From positions 1,184,001 to 1,248,000 of the forward strand of contig CBDCVR010000014.1 in the NCBI GenBank assembly GCA_965223155.1: a DNA stretch of 64,000 nucleotides. The letters run 5' to 3'. Both the position numbers and the translations under genes were made by a program. The notes beneath the pieces are model-generated. The model was not told where the DNA came from. It saw only the letters and a program-made list of their open reading frames with translations, and ran no database searches. This DNA comes from Candidatus Multivoradales bacterium (GTDB lineage: Bacteria; Acidobacteriota; Thermoanaerobaculia; Multivoradales; JAHEKO01). This document shows positions 56,218 through 64,000 of this stretch, piece by piece (within the stretch, counting starts at the first letter, position 1; the number at the start of each line of letters is the position of its first letter).

Positions 56218-57822
56218 GTGAGCCCAGGGTCGGAAGTGCACGGACCGGGAGCCGCGAGAGGCCGGCCGCTCGACGGGATCTCGAGCTCCGGAGGAGGCAA
56301 CGCGGGCCGCCGGAAAGCCCGGCTCCGCCGCTATCAGCAAGCCTGTCGTAGAGCCCCTCGGGGAGCCCTGGTGCTACTGGCGAGCGCGCTTCTGGCCTGT
56401 GGCACTGTCGCCCCCCCTGGCCCGTCCGACCCGGTCCGACCTGCCGAAGGCGGTAGCGAGTCTTCGTCGACACTGCTCATCACCGGCGGCACGGTGGTGA
56501 CCGTCGATCCCCGCGATCGGATCATCCCCGACGGCGCGGTCGCGGTCGCTAAGGGACGGATCGTGGCCGTCGGCACCACGGCGGCGCTCGAGGCCCGCTA
56601 TCCGGCGGCCCCGCGGCTCGACGCCCGGGGAGCGTTCGTCATCCCGGGACTCGTCAACACCCACACCCACGTCCCCATGGTGCTCTTTCGCGGCCTCGCC
56701 GACGACCTCGAGCTCATGGACTGGCTCGAGAACCACATCTTCCCGGCCGAGGCCCGTCACGTCGATGAGGAGTTCGTGCGCTGGGGAACGCGCCTGGCGT
56801 GCGCCGAGATGTTGCGCGCCGGCACGACCACCTTCGTCGAGATGTACTACTTCGACGACGTCATCGCCGAAGAAGCCGAGCGCTGCGGCATGCGGGCGGT
56901 GGTCGGCGAGACCCTGATCGACTTTCCGGCACCCGACAACAAGACCTGGGACGAAGCCGTCGCCTATACCCGCAGGTTCGTGAAGCGCTGGCGCGGCCAC
57001 GAGCGGATCGTGCCGGCGGTTGCCCCCCACTCGCCGTACCTGGTCTCGGCCGAGCACTTGCGCCAGACCCAGGCCCTCGCGGTCGAGCTCGACGCGCCGC
57101 TTCTCATGCACGTGGCCGAGGATCGCTCAGAGGTCGCCACCATGGTCGAGCGCACGGGCATGACCTCGATCGCCTATCTCGACTCGCTCGGACTCGCTAC
57201 CGACCGGCTGCTGGCCGCTCACGTGGTGTGGCCGACGCCCGAGGAGATCGCGCTTCTTGCCGAACGCGGCATCGGAGTTGCCCACTGTCCCCAGTCCAAC
57301 ATGAAAGTCGCAGCCGGTATCGCACCGGTCCCGGCGCTTCTCGACGCCGGCGTCGCCGTCGGCCTGGGCACGGACGGCGCCGCCTCGAACAACGACCTCA
57401 ACCTGTGGGAAGAGATGGACACGGCCGCCAAGATCCACAAGGTCACGGCCCGGGACCCCACGGTCGTGTCCGCCCGGGAGGCTTTCCGCATGGCCACGAT
57501 CGGCGGCGCCGCGGCCATCGACCTGGACGCTGAGATCGGCTCGATCGAGGTCGGCAAGTGGGCCGACTTGGTCGTGGTCGGCGCAGACGGTATTCATCAG
57601 GAGCCGCAGCAGCCGGAGCAGGCGGAGCAGGCGGAGCAGGCGGAGCAGAACACCTACTCGACGCTGGTGTATTCGACCAAGGCGTCAGACGTACGCACGG
57701 TTCTCGTCGCCGGCCAGATCTTGGTCGACGGCGGCGAAGTTCGCAGCGTCGACCTGCCCACGGTCGCCGCCCGGGCGCGCGCGTACCGCGAAGCGATCCG
57801 GGCCGGACGGAGCAATCCCTAA
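56218..57822 (+). CDS. Amidohydrolase (MTA/SAH deaminase family), possibly a lipoprotein
   Basis: PGLVNTHTH, APHS.Y, HVAE, HCPQSNMK, GTDGAASN; LLAC lipobox-like motif; start uncertain. Confidence 0.88.
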   Translation: MSPGSEVHGPGAARGRPLDGISSSGGGNAGRRKARLRRYQQACRRAPRGALVLLASALLACGTVAPPGPSDPVRPAEGGSESSSTLLITGGTVVTVDPRDRIIPDGAVAVAKGRIVAVGTTAALEARYPAAPRLDARGAFVIPGLVNTHTHVPMVLFRGLADDLELMDWLENHIFPAEARHVDEEFVRWGTRLACAEMLRAGTTTFVEMYYFDDVIAEEAERCGMRAVVGETLIDFPAPDNKTWDEAVAYTRRFVKRWRGHERIVPAVAPHSPYLVSAEHLRQTQALAVELDAPLLMHVAEDRSEVATMVERTGMTSIAYLDSLGLATDRLLAAHVVWPTPEEIALLAERGIGVAHCPQSNMKVAAGIAPVPALLDAGVAVGLGTDGAASNNDLNLWEEMDTAAKIHKVTARDPTVVSAREAFRMATIGGAAAIDLDAEIGSIEVGKWADLVVVGADGIHQEPQQPEQAEQAEQAEQNTYSTLVYSTKASDVRTVLVAGQILVDGGEVRSVDLPTVAARARAYREAIRAGRSNP

Positions 57823-57903
57823 CAGCCCCGGCGTCCTGTGCGCCAAGGGTAGACGTGGTGGCACTCCAGGCGGCCGCTTCGGGGCCGGGTAGACTCGGCC
57901 CCC

Positions 57904-58632
57904 ATGTCCATCCGACTCCTCCTTCTTCAGACCCGGGAGCCGGACGATCCCGTGCTCGAGGAAGAGCGCCGTTCGTTCGCCGAGAAGACCGCGCTTGAGT
58001 TGGACCGCATCGCCGCCCACGACCTCTTGAGCGGTCCTCCCGGATGGGATCGAATCCGGCGCTTCGACGGCCTCCTTATCGGCGGCAGTGGCGACTACTA
58101 CGTGTCGAAAGCGCACTTGCCGAACTTCGAGCAGCTCCTCGGATTCTTCGGCGAGGTCGTCACCCTGGGGTTCCCGACTTTCGCGTCCTGCTTCGGATTC
58201 CAGCTCATGACCGCGGCTCTCGGCGGCCGGATCGTGCACGACACGGCGTCGATGGAGGTCGGCACCTACGAGCTCCGGCTTACCGAGGCAGGACAGTCGG
58301 ACCCGCTTCTCGGCACCCTGCCCGAGAGCTTCATGGGCCAGCTCGGCCGCAAGGACCGGGCCGAGACCCTACCCGAAGGCTTCGAGAACCTGGTCACCAG
58401 CGATCGCTGTCCGAACCAGTGTTTCCGGGTTCCGGACCAGCCCATCTGGGCGACCCAGTTTCACCCCGAGCTGGATGGCCACACCAACCGGGGCCGCTAT
58501 CTACGCTATCTCGAGGGCTACGCCGAGCACCTGACGCCGGCCGAGCAGAAAGCCGCCCTCGAACGCTACCGGGACAGCCCCGAGACCGAGAAGCTGATGG
58601 CCCGCTGGGTGGATCTGGTCTTCCGCAGCTGA
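57904..58632 (+). CDS. Class I glutamine amidotransferase
   Basis: GGSG, SCFGFQL, QFHPE. Confidence 0.9.
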   Translation: MSIRLLLLQTREPDDPVLEEERRSFAEKTALELDRIAAHDLLSGPPGWDRIRRFDGLLIGGSGDYYVSKAHLPNFEQLLGFFGEVVTLGFPTFASCFGFQLMTAALGGRIVHDTASMEVGTYELRLTEAGQSDPLLGTLPESFMGQLGRKDRAETLPEGFENLVTSDRCPNQCFRVPDQPIWATQFHPELDGHTNRGRYLRYLEGYAEHLTPAEQKAALERYRDSPETEKLMARWVDLVFRS

Positions 58633-58666
58633 GTGGGCTGAGCCAGCTAAACCGAGCTGAAGCAGG

Positions 58667-59431
58667 CTAGCCGTCGCCGTCGGTGGGTGCCGCGCGTATC
58701 TGCTCCAACATCTGCTGAACGCGCTCGTTGTCCGGGTCGAGGGCCAGCATCCGCTCCAAGGTGGCGATCGCCCCGTCCCGGTCCCCTGCCTGCTGTTGCG
58801 CCTGAGCCAGCGTGCCCAGGGTCCAGGCGGATTCCGGGAAGAGCTCCAGGTTGCGCTGGAGAAGGACGATGGCCGCACCTGGATCCTCGCGCCCGACCGC
58901 TTCGGCCGTCCGTACCAGCGTCCCCTCGCCAAAGTCGTAGGTGTGGCTGCCGTAGTGCTTCTCTCGCAGCTCGCCGTAGCGGCTCAGAGCGGCCTCAGCG
59001 CCGCCTGAGGCGACCTCTCGGGCCAGGAGGTCTTCGAGCTGCTCCGGCAGCAGGGCGCCGCGATGACAAGTCACACAGCGCACCACGACCGGCTCGGCAC
59101 CGTCGGTGACGGTTTCGGCGACCTGCTCGTTGATCGAGCGAACCATCCGCATCATCGCGCGGGCGGCAAGCTTCGCGGCCTTGTCGTCCGAAGCGAAATC
59201 AAACGTGGACAGGGGCTGGCCCTTCTCGCCGACGTGGCAGTGCTGGCAACGGACTCCTAGCCCACGGGAGAAGCCGCGCATTGCTCCGAGGAGTTGGCGG
59301 GTGTCGATGTCCTCAGGGAAAACCTGGAGGTTCTTGGGTTCGGGCGGCCACTGGGCGACGAGCGGACCGGCCGCAAGCAGCACCAACGCAAGCGTCGGCA
59401 GCATCTTTTCCAAAGGACGGGTTCGGTTCAT
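58667..59431 (-). CDS. Periplasmic diheme c-type cytochrome with C-terminal TPR
   Basis: Signal peptide; NLQV, LGVRCQHCH, K..AR.M..M, CVTCHRG; TPR-like tail. Confidence 0.85.
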   Translation of the reverse strand: MNRTRPLEKMLPTLALVLLAAGPLVAQWPPEPKNLQVFPEDIDTRQLLGAMRGFSRGLGVRCQHCHVGEKGQPLSTFDFASDDKAAKLAARAMMRMVRSINEQVAETVTDGAEPVVVRCVTCHRGALLPEQLEDLLAREVASGGAEAALSRYGELREKHYGSHTYDFGEGTLVRTAEAVGREDPGAAIVLLQRNLELFPESAWTLGTLAQAQQQAGDRDGAIATLERMLALDPDNERVQQMLEQIRAAPTDGDG

Positions 59432-59740
59432 GAATCTCTCCTTCCCTTGACGGTGGTTGCGAATAGGTACGGATCCTACCCGGTTCGGTTTCGACCTCGT
59501 CTTGAACCAGCTCGCGTCCGGTCGGTCAAAGAGAAGCGCCCTTCGGCCCAGAAGCGTGCAGGCCTTGCGGTTCACGAACAGAAGTTGCTCGACCGGCGCC
59601 ACCTAGCCCGATCCCGAGCAACGCTTTTCCGACCCCTCCCAGGCCGGCGACGTCTCCGCTCCCAGTGACGACACAGGTCCGGGGATGCCGACGATGCTCG
59701 GATCTTACGGCTGACGTTACAAGAAACCCCGGGAGGCACC

Positions 59741-60406
59741 ATGACTCGATCCAGAAGGGCAACTGGCGGAGCCAGCGCATCGGCGGTTTGGCTGATTCTC
59801 CTCATCCTGCTTCTCATCATCCTCCTGCTGATCCTGCGCAACTGTGAGTCTCCACCCGGGGAGGATCCCCAAGAACCCGTGGATAACAAGGTCGTGTTCG
59901 TCACCAGCCAGACCTTCTCTGGCAATTTGGGGAACTTCGCCGGCGCCGATGCCAAGTGCCAGGCCGCGGCCGAAGCGGCCGGACTCTCGGGCTCCTTCAA
60001 GGCCTGGATCAGCGGGCGGCCGGACTGGACCGGCAACGGCGGCGGCACCCAGAACGTGGCCCAGCGCATGACTCATTCGTCCTCACCGTACGTGCTGACC
60101 ACCGGTACCAAAGTCGCCGACGACTGGGCCGACCTGACCGACGGCTCGCTCGACCACGGCATCGACCGGGACGAGAACGGCGCGACTGCGTCGGGCTCGG
60201 TCTGGACCAACACCAAGACCGACGGCGACGCCTTCGACCACCGGCGCGACTGCGGCCCCGGCGGCTCGCAGAGCGACGTCTGGGGTTCGGCAGATCAGTT
60301 CGAATCGGGCCACTTCGGAACCGCCGGCGACAGCGGCGCCACCTGGACCACCAACACCAACACCGGCTGCAACAACTCCTTCCGCCTCTACTGCTTCGAG
60401 CAGTAG
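59741..60406 (+). CDS. Membrane-anchored DUF1554-like extracellular domain protein
   Basis: FVTS..FSGNLG...GADAKCQ..A, FKAWIS, VWT.T, C....RLYCFEQ. Confidence 0.75.
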   Translation: MTRSRRATGGASASAVWLILLILLLIILLLILRNCESPPGEDPQEPVDNKVVFVTSQTFSGNLGNFAGADAKCQAAAEAAGLSGSFKAWISGRPDWTGNGGGTQNVAQRMTHSSSPYVLTTGTKVADDWADLTDGSLDHGIDRDENGATASGSVWTNTKTDGDAFDHRRDCGPGGSQSDVWGSADQFESGHFGTAGDSGATWTTNTNTGCNNSFRLYCFEQ

Positions 60407-60451
60407 CGCGATCCGCGAGCTCGCGACGGGCGCCTCCCCGCGTCCGCCGCT

Positions 60452-62260
60452 CTACTTGCGTCGGTTGGCGGCCAGGATCTTCTTGCGCAGCCGGAAGGTT
60501 TCGGGCGTCACTTCGATCACCTCGTCTTCGGCCAGAAACTCGATCGCCTGCTCGAGCGACAGCGCCCGGGGCGGCACCAACCGCACCAGAACATCGGCCG
60601 AAGCCGCGCGCATGTTGGTGAGTTTCTTCTCCTTGGTGATGTTGACGTCCAGGTCGCCCGGCCGCGAATGCTCGCCCACGATCATGCCCTCGTAGACCTC
60701 GGTGCCCGGCCCCACGAAGAACACGCCTCGGGGCTGGAGATGATCGACGGCAAAGGCCGTGACCTTGCCGGCCCGGTCGGCTACCAGTGTGCCAGTTGCG
60801 CGCTGGCTGATCTCCCCTTCCCAGGGTCCATAGCGTTCAAAGACATGGTTCATGATGCCGGCGCCCCGGGTATCGGTCAAGAAATCGGTGCGAAAGCCGA
60901 TGAGGCCGCGAGTGGGCACCTCGAACTCCAGCCGCACCCGGCCGCTGTCGTGGTTGACCATGCCCATCATGCGGCCGCGCCGATTGCCCAGGCGTCGGGT
61001 CACGACCCCGACGTGCTCCTCGGGGCAGTCGATGGTGAGCTTTTCGATGGGCTCCACCAGCACCCCCGACGCGTCCCGATGGGTGAGCACCTGCGGCCGG
61101 CCGACCGAAAACTCGTAGCCCTCGCGCCGCATCATCTCGATCAGGATGGCGAGCTGGAGCTCGCCTCGGCCGGCGACCTCGTAGCCGTTGCCACCGGGCG
61201 CGTTCTGGACCCGGATCGAGACGTTGGTCAGAGTCTCGCGCTCGAGCCGCTCCTTGAGCTTGCGCGAGGTGAGGTGCCGGCCGGAACGGCCGGACAGCGG
61301 CGAATCGTTGACTGAGAACACCATGGCCATGGTGGGCTCGTCCACGGTCACGGCGGGCAGGGGCTCCGGGCGCTCGAGGTCGGCCAGGGTCTCGCCGATC
61401 GAGACCGTTTCGAGGCCGGCCACCGCCACGATGTCGCCGGGCCCAGCCGAGGCGATCTCGACCCGTCCCAAGCCGTCGTAGCCGTAGAGGCGGGTCACCT
61501 TCACGGTCTCGGCGCCACCGTCGAGCCGGCACCGGGCGACCGTATCCCCCGGCGCCAGCCGACCCTGGACGATCCGGCCGATCGCCAGCCGGCCCACGTA
61601 CTCGTCGTGGTCCAGCGTCGTCACCAGGAGCTGCAACGGCCGGTCGGGATCGAACTCCGGCGCCGGCACGGTTCGGAGGATCTCTTCGAAGAGCGGGCGC
61701 AGCGTCTCGTCCGGGCCTTCGGCTTCCGTCCGGCAGACGCCGTCCTTGGCATTGGCGTAGAGCACCGGAAAGTCGAGCTGGTCGTCGGCCGCGTCGAGAT
61801 CGATAAAGAGATCGTAGACTTCGTCCAGAACCTCGGCCGGGCGGGCATCGCCGCGGTCGATCTTGTTGATGACCAGGATGGGCGCGAGGCCGGCCTCGAG
61901 GGCTTTCCGCAACACGAACCGCGTCTGAGGCAGCGGACCTTCGGCGGCATCGACCAGCAACAGCACGCCATCGACCAGCTTCAGGGTGCGCTCGACCTCG
62001 CCGCCAAAGTCCGCGTGACCCGGGGTGTCGACGATGTTGATGTGCACGTCGCCGAACCGGACGGCCGTGTTCTTGGCCATGATCGTGATGCCCTTCTCGC
62101 GCTCCAGATCGATCGAATCCATGACCCGATCGTGGATCTCCTGGTGCTCCTGGAAAATGCCGCTCTGCCAGAGCATGGCATCCACCAGGGTCGTCTTCCC
62201 ATGATCGACGTGGGCAATGATGGCGAGATTGCGCAGATCGTCGCGCCGCGAAGTAGCCAT
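60452..62260 (-). CDS. typA: Translational GTPase TypA/BipA
   Basis: [46 protein letters not shown]. Confidence 0.97.
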   Translation of the reverse strand: MATSRRDDLRNLAIIAHVDHGKTTLVDAMLWQSGIFQEHQEIHDRVMDSIDLEREKGITIMAKNTAVRFGDVHINIVDTPGHADFGGEVERTLKLVDGVLLLVDAAEGPLPQTRFVLRKALEAGLAPILVINKIDRGDARPAEVLDEVYDLFIDLDAADDQLDFPVLYANAKDGVCRTEAEGPDETLRPLFEEILRTVPAPEFDPDRPLQLLVTTLDHDEYVGRLAIGRIVQGRLAPGDTVARCRLDGGAETVKVTRLYGYDGLGRVEIASAGPGDIVAVAGLETVSIGETLADLERPEPLPAVTVDEPTMAMVFSVNDSPLSGRSGRHLTSRKLKERLERETLTNVSIRVQNAPGGNGYEVAGRGELQLAILIEMMRREGYEFSVGRPQVLTHRDASGVLVEPIEKLTIDCPEEHVGVVTRRLGNRRGRMMGMVNHDSGRVRLEFEVPTRGLIGFRTDFLTDTRGAGIMNHVFERYGPWEGEISQRATGTLVADRAGKVTAFAVDHLQPRGVFFVGPGTEVYEGMIVGEHSRPGDLDVNITKEKKLTNMRAASADVLVRLVPPRALSLEQAIEFLAEDEVIEVTPETFRLRKKILAANRRK

Positions 62261-62292
62261 GATCGTTCCTTGGGGTGCTTCGATTTCTGGGG

Positions 62293-63654
62293 CTACTCGA
62301 TGTAACCCAGGGACCTCAGCTCCTCGAGTACTTCGTCGTCCAACTCGGCCTCGCCAGCGGTGGCCCGCTCCAGCGTCGCGAGCACCCGGTCCAGGGAACC
62401 CGCCATCCGCCGCGCGCGATCCGGGTCCTGGGAACCGAGATCCCGAGTCTCGGCAAAGTCCCGCTCCAGGTCGTAGAGAGCGGACTTGCTTCGTCCGGGA
62501 GACCAGATGAGCTTGAACGGCCAGCGGATGAGGGCCTGTTTCTCGGCTCCGTAGAGCGTGCGCTCGGCGATCAGCAGGCGCTCGGAAGCCGCCGCTTGGC
62601 GGTTCAGAAGCGACCGGCCGGAGAATCCCTGCGGGACCTCGAGACCCGCCGCGTCGAGCAGGGTCGGTCCCAGGTCAAGTAGTGTCACCGGCTCGCGAGA
62701 CCGTCCCGCCGAGATGCCGGGTCCGGACAGAATGAGCGGCACTTGCAAGAGCTCGTTGTACACCGTGTGCCCGTGCTCGAAGCCGCCGTGCTCGCCGAAC
62801 TCTTCGCCGTGGTCCGAGGTCAAGAAAACCACCGGCTCGTCTCCCGCTTCGCCCAGGCCTTCCAGCAGGCGGCCCAGCTCCCGGTCGGTGAAGGCGATCT
62901 CTTCATCGTAGGCCGCTGCGAAGGCGTCGAGGTCGATCGGCTCGCCGGCTCGGAGCGCGGCGCGTACCTCCTTGAGCTCTCCCGAGCGAAGGGTTCGCTT
63001 GCCGAGGAAGCTGCCCCGAAACCCCTCGGGCGCGGCGTACGGCCAGTGGGGATCGAAGATGTGGACCAGCAGAAAGTAGGGGCCCTCCCGGTCCGCGATC
63101 CACTGAAGCGCCAGGTCCACCACCTCGTCGGCGCGGCGCGACTTCTTGCCCCTGCCCGGCGCGTAGTCGTAGCTGTCGAATCCCCGGTCGAGCTCGAAGC
63201 GAGGATGCAGGAAGGAATTGTTGATGAGAGCCCCGGTGGCATAGCCCTCGGCCGAGAAGATCTCAGCCAGAGTGACGATGCCGTCGCCCAGGCGCTGGAA
63301 CCTTTGGTTGTGCGGCGTGCCCTCGGGCAGCTCGTCCTTTCGATCGACGCCGGCGCCGTGCTCGGTCGGCAACCGGCCGGTCAGCATCGAGGCGATCGAG
63401 GGAAGCGTCCAGGGCGAGGGCGCGAAGGCGTGCTCGAAGACCGCGGCCGAGGCGGCCCAGCGATCGATCGCGGGGCTCGTCGGCCGCTCGTAGCCGTAGG
63501 CTCCGAGATGGTCGGCCCGGAGCGTGTCGACCACGACCAGGACCACGCTGGACGGACCGGCCGGCGCGCAGCCGGCCGCGACTCCCACGCCCAGAGCGGC
63601 GAGTGCCAGAAGCGCCGCTCCCAAGAGGCCGCGGATTCGGGTAGAAGCCGGCAC
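62293..63654 (-). CDS. Sulfatase-like / alkaline phosphatase superfamily lipoprotein
   Basis: [37 protein letters not shown]; C-terminal LRSLGY. Confidence 0.9.
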   Translation of the reverse strand: MPASTRIRGLLGAALLALAALGVGVAAGCAPAGPSSVVLVVVDTLRADHLGAYGYERPTSPAIDRWAASAAVFEHAFAPSPWTLPSIASMLTGRLPTEHGAGVDRKDELPEGTPHNQRFQRLGDGIVTLAEIFSAEGYATGALINNSFLHPRFELDRGFDSYDYAPGRGKKSRRADEVVDLALQWIADREGPYFLLVHIFDPHWPYAAPEGFRGSFLGKRTLRSGELKEVRAALRAGEPIDLDAFAAAYDEEIAFTDRELGRLLEGLGEAGDEPVVFLTSDHGEEFGEHGGFEHGHTVYNELLQVPLILSGPGISAGRSREPVTLLDLGPTLLDAAGLEVPQGFSGRSLLNRQAAASERLLIAERTLYGAEKQALIRWPFKLIWSPGRSKSALYDLERDFAETRDLGSQDPDRARRMAGSLDRVLATLERATAGEAELDDEVLEELRSLGYIE

Positions 63655-63659
63655 GGGTA

Positions 63660-64000
63660 CTAGTTCAAGTATCCGAGCGAGCGCAGCATCTCGACCCGCT
63701 CCTCGTCCGGCGTCGACTCGTCGATCGATTGCCGCAGCGCCCGCCGATTGACCAGGCGCTCGTAGGTCGGAACGGTCCGCACCGGAAATCGCTCGAGAAA
63801 GTCGGGAGCCAGGATCTCCTCCAACACCCGGCCGGGGAGGTCCTCGGGCACCGGCAAGCCCATGAGGGCCAGGGTGGTCGGCACCAGGTCGTAGATCGAT
63901 GCCTCGACCCCGTCGGCGGCGACGACCGGCCCTCCGGAGGCGATGAAAATGCCTTCCAAGTGGTGCACACCAGGCTGCCCCACGGTCACGACACCACCCC
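63660..64000 (-). CDS. Alkaline phosphatase superfamily protein, C-terminal part (truncated by window edge)
   Basis: H..EGIFI.SG, D..PT.L.LMG.P....L.GR.L, LRSLGY. Confidence 0.75.
   Translation of the reverse strand, partial: GGVVTVGQPGVHHLEGIFIASGGPVVAADGVEASIYDLVPTTLALMGLPVPEDLPGRVLEEILAPDFLERFPVRTVPTYERLVNRRALRQSIDESTPDEERVEMLRSLGYLN

Noticed and set aside
58667-59431. Reaction-centre cytochrome c suggesting phototrophy
   Set aside because: Only two CxxCH motifs plus a TPR; no puf, bch or psc genes nearby
1-64000. tRNA or rRNA genes and riboswitches
   Set aside because: None recognised by eye; intergenic spaces are short, and a covariance-model scan would be needed to exclude them

Overview
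High-GC bacterial chromosomal window with about 50 CDSs. The host is possibly Acidobacteriota, which is an inference from gene content only. Core content: a CoA-dependent aminobenzoate/salicylate degradation cluster (1.5-9.6 kb), a split two-permease RND system, ychF, mdh, a nadQ-nadABC locus with visible operators, ABC and nucleoside transporters, typA and sulfatase-like genes. Five features stand out. (1) A translationally coupled operon encodes an Npt/TLC-type nucleotide transporter-HEAT fusion, a cNMP-binding protein and a secreted phosphatase fused to an atypical-kinase-fold domain (32.6-38.1 kb); it is a candidate system for extracytoplasmic phosphorylation fed by exported ATP. (2) An intact IS1111-type IS110 element has a 3' non-coding region that reads as a bridge/seek RNA, with guides matching its own insertion site in the terminal repeat of a RAYT-derived mini-element. 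(3) An ArsC-family gene carries an in-frame UGA in a UxxC motif followed by a SECIS-like hairpin (probable selenoprotein). (4) An integrase-less attC pair encloses a DUF4160/DUF2442 toxin-antitoxin cassette inside a nest of IS remnants (50.4-53.7 kb). (5) At least seven genes look leaderless. All calls come from reading motifs by eye; no searches were run.
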